From the NCBI GenBank assembly GCA_976551045.1, contig CDPCPM010000029.1, positions 11,284,001 to 11,348,000 of the forward strand: 64,000 bases of DNA, in the 5' to 3' direction. Below are positions 61,546 through 64,000 of this stretch, in pieces (position 1 is the first letter of the stretch; the number at the start of each line of letters is the position of its first letter). The translations under genes were made by a program, and so were the position numbers. This DNA is from Glaucostegus cemiculus (lineage: Eukaryota). Under the pieces are notes generated by a model. That model did not search any database. It saw only the letters and a list, made by a program, of their open reading frames with translations, and was not told the DNA's origin.

Positions 61546-64000
61546 ACATAATGAGACTGATATCCCAGCAAACTGCTGTATTCATGAAAGACATTGATTA
61601 GAATAAACTGGGCTCTGAATTATTCAGGGCAGAATTTCTTGACTTAGCCTTCTGAGAGGAGCTAATCAGATATTTCAGCTATACTAACAAGTATCTGTAA
61701 CTTTATCGCTGAAATTAGTTTGAATTTATTTTATTTCAATTGCTTGCCATATTTATTTTGGGCAATTCATTTTAGTATATTTTAAATTTATTGATGGATA
61801 ATGTAAAAGATGTCAAGCTACTCATGGGAAGTATTAATGAAAGATTTTTTGGCGATTCCATTCAGTATGAGCTATCAAATCTCTTTTGCAACATTAACTG
61901 TGTTATTTTCTTTCAACATGACTGGATTCAGGACTTATGTTATCTGTTAAGCCAAAGGGTAACTGAAGCAAATGGTGGGAAGGGACTCTCAAGATGAAAT
62001 AAAGATCTAATAAGTGCAACATGTATGTGTGTCTGATGTCTTTTTTTTAAAAAAAGCAGGCAATCCTTGCAACATAATTCATTCACTATTTTGTTCTCAT
62101 ACATCTGTCAGTCACTCTTTCCTTTCTTTCCTTGTTTTATCTTGTTTGCATAATTTTGTATTCCAGAATTGCTAGTTAAGCAAGTCACATTTCTAATTAT
62201 AAACCAGCATGAAGGAAGCTTAAATATTTGCAACATTCAGGATTATTTCTATTTAACACCAAAGATGTGATAACAGTAGTCAATTTTTCCCCATTCTCTC
62301 TAAATGTCTTTTCAGGCACATGTAACTTTAAATGCGGCTTTTCTTGCCTTCAATGGAAATAAAGATTGGAGACTTTAAGAAATGGCTGCCAGTTCATCAT
62401 TACACAAAGGTAAAGTTGCTCCCATGGCGTTTCAGCTGAGACAGACTGATGACTAACTCTATAAAATTCACAGTACTGGAGTACTCACTACATTGGCAGG
62501 CTCTTTGGCATTTTATTTTGTGGAAATGTGATGTTGCCTTTCCTTACTCTCAGAAAACTGTCCTCACATAGAAGACTTGCTTCTTCTTTTGTTTTGAAAG
62601 AAGAGGGAGTGGAAAGGTGAACATGTTGAGAATATAATGTCCCCCCCATGTGTTACCCTTGTGACCCACAGTGGGGTTTCCCAAACCAGAGACCAGTCCA
62701 AAATTAGGCTTGCATTGACATTTGGATAAGCATCCAATGTCCTTTGCACCTTTACAGACAGGTCCCATTCCTTCCACTGCGATGCCAGAGCCAGAAACTC
62801 AACCCTGCTGGTGGACCAGCTGCCTCTAGAAAAGTAGAAGACAATAACAGTTCAGTTAACAGTAACTGTTAAAAGTAGAAGACAATAACAGCTGGATTGA
62901 GTTTTGAGATAATTACATGGCCCTGTTGGAGGAAATTAGTAGAAACAAGGATAGATGCTCTTCCTAGCTACATAAGGTTAGTAAAAAATAAGTTTCCATA
63001 AATCAATAACTCTCCAAGTTGGTGAAGAGTTCTACTCCATGCATCAAGTTTTACCTTCCAGAAAGGTGAAATGCTATTTTGGAAGTTTGTTTTTATTTGA
63101 AGAGCAAAGGTGATGAAAGATGCTGCAGTTTAAGCAGGAATGGGAGGCAGAGTTGAGGCCCAGGGTCATTCACTTCCAGACTGAATGGTAATTTGCAACA
63201 GAACAATCAGCCAATCTTCATTGAGAAAGATCTGGATTTGACTCCTACACTACTGCTCGCAGGAAATCGAGCACTACAGGTCAGAACGTACAGAAGTTTC
63301 AGTCTTCAAGAAGGGATACTTAAGGCCTTAGACAATGATGTGGGAAGAATGAAATGAAGAAGCCTATCTGATACTTCAGCTAAAATTTAAGCATAGTAGT
63401 GAAGTGACCACATAGGAACTGGTATCTGCCACTGTTCAGAGGTGGAAAGTGATGAGAAATACTTTTATTGGTGGAAGGTGTTGGTGAGAGGGAGTGGGAA
63501 CCTTTGTTTGACAGGGAAGTGCAAATGATGCAGTAGGGCAGCAACACTCATAGTACAGCTCATGAGCACATTTTTGGTGGCGCATGTATTTGAGGATGGA
63601 TTGAAACTTCAGCATTGCCTGCCTCAGTTGGCCACTGCCATTGGTCTATGCTAAAGGATACAATGCATCAATCAGCTGGTATTGCACCAGGCAGCCCAGC
63701 CTGTCAACACCAGGTTGGAGTTGGACAGGCAACTGTAGCAAGGTGTAATGTCATTCCAGGACAGTAATAGGCCATCAGCTGGCAAGCGTTAGGAGAACGG
63801 GTGGAGAGAGGGGAAGCGGATGCTTTGGCGGGTGTGAGGAGTGAGAAGACAGAGGAGTGGTGTGGGAGAAGAGGGAAAGTAGGAGAGAGACAATATAATG
63901 GGAAAGAAGAAGTGGGAAGGGGAGGTATACATAAGCACAGTCTTCAAGCCCTGAGGAAAAGAATGGTTGAAGGCCGCAAATCCTGCACCAACCTTTTGGC

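Noticed and set aside
54214-62891. CRISPR-like repeat-spacer units at 54214 and 62830
   Set aside because: Only two copies each, the filler derives from the repeat itself, the context is vertebrate, and there are no cas genes.

Overview
AT-rich, CpG-poor vertebrate DNA that is mostly decayed transposable elements. The repeat set is CR1 LINEs, Rex1/Babar-like LINEs, V-SINEs, Deu-domain SINEs, Penelope-derived palindromes and Harbinger remnants; from that set I infer a cartilaginous fish (shark or ray). I found no intact host gene, convincing exon, RNA gene or CRISPR array, so this is probably a large intron or intergenic region. The protein-like ORFs in the track that I could recognise are all TE fragments. 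The most notable structures are: (1) a family of palindromic Penelope-derived elements carrying degenerate minimal hammerhead-ribozyme-like cores, linked in this window to a GIY-YIG Penelope remnant; (2) a CR1 with an internal A-B'-A'-B inverted duplication; (3) a fold-back Rex1 fragment sharing its exact 5' breakpoint with a copy about 0.8 kb away; (4) two inverted solo LTRs, each with its own target-site duplication (TSD); (5) several Harbinger remnants, one keeping the convergent transposase plus Myb/SANT layout. All family calls come from motif recognition by eye with no database search. Boundaries are approximate unless a TSD is quoted.
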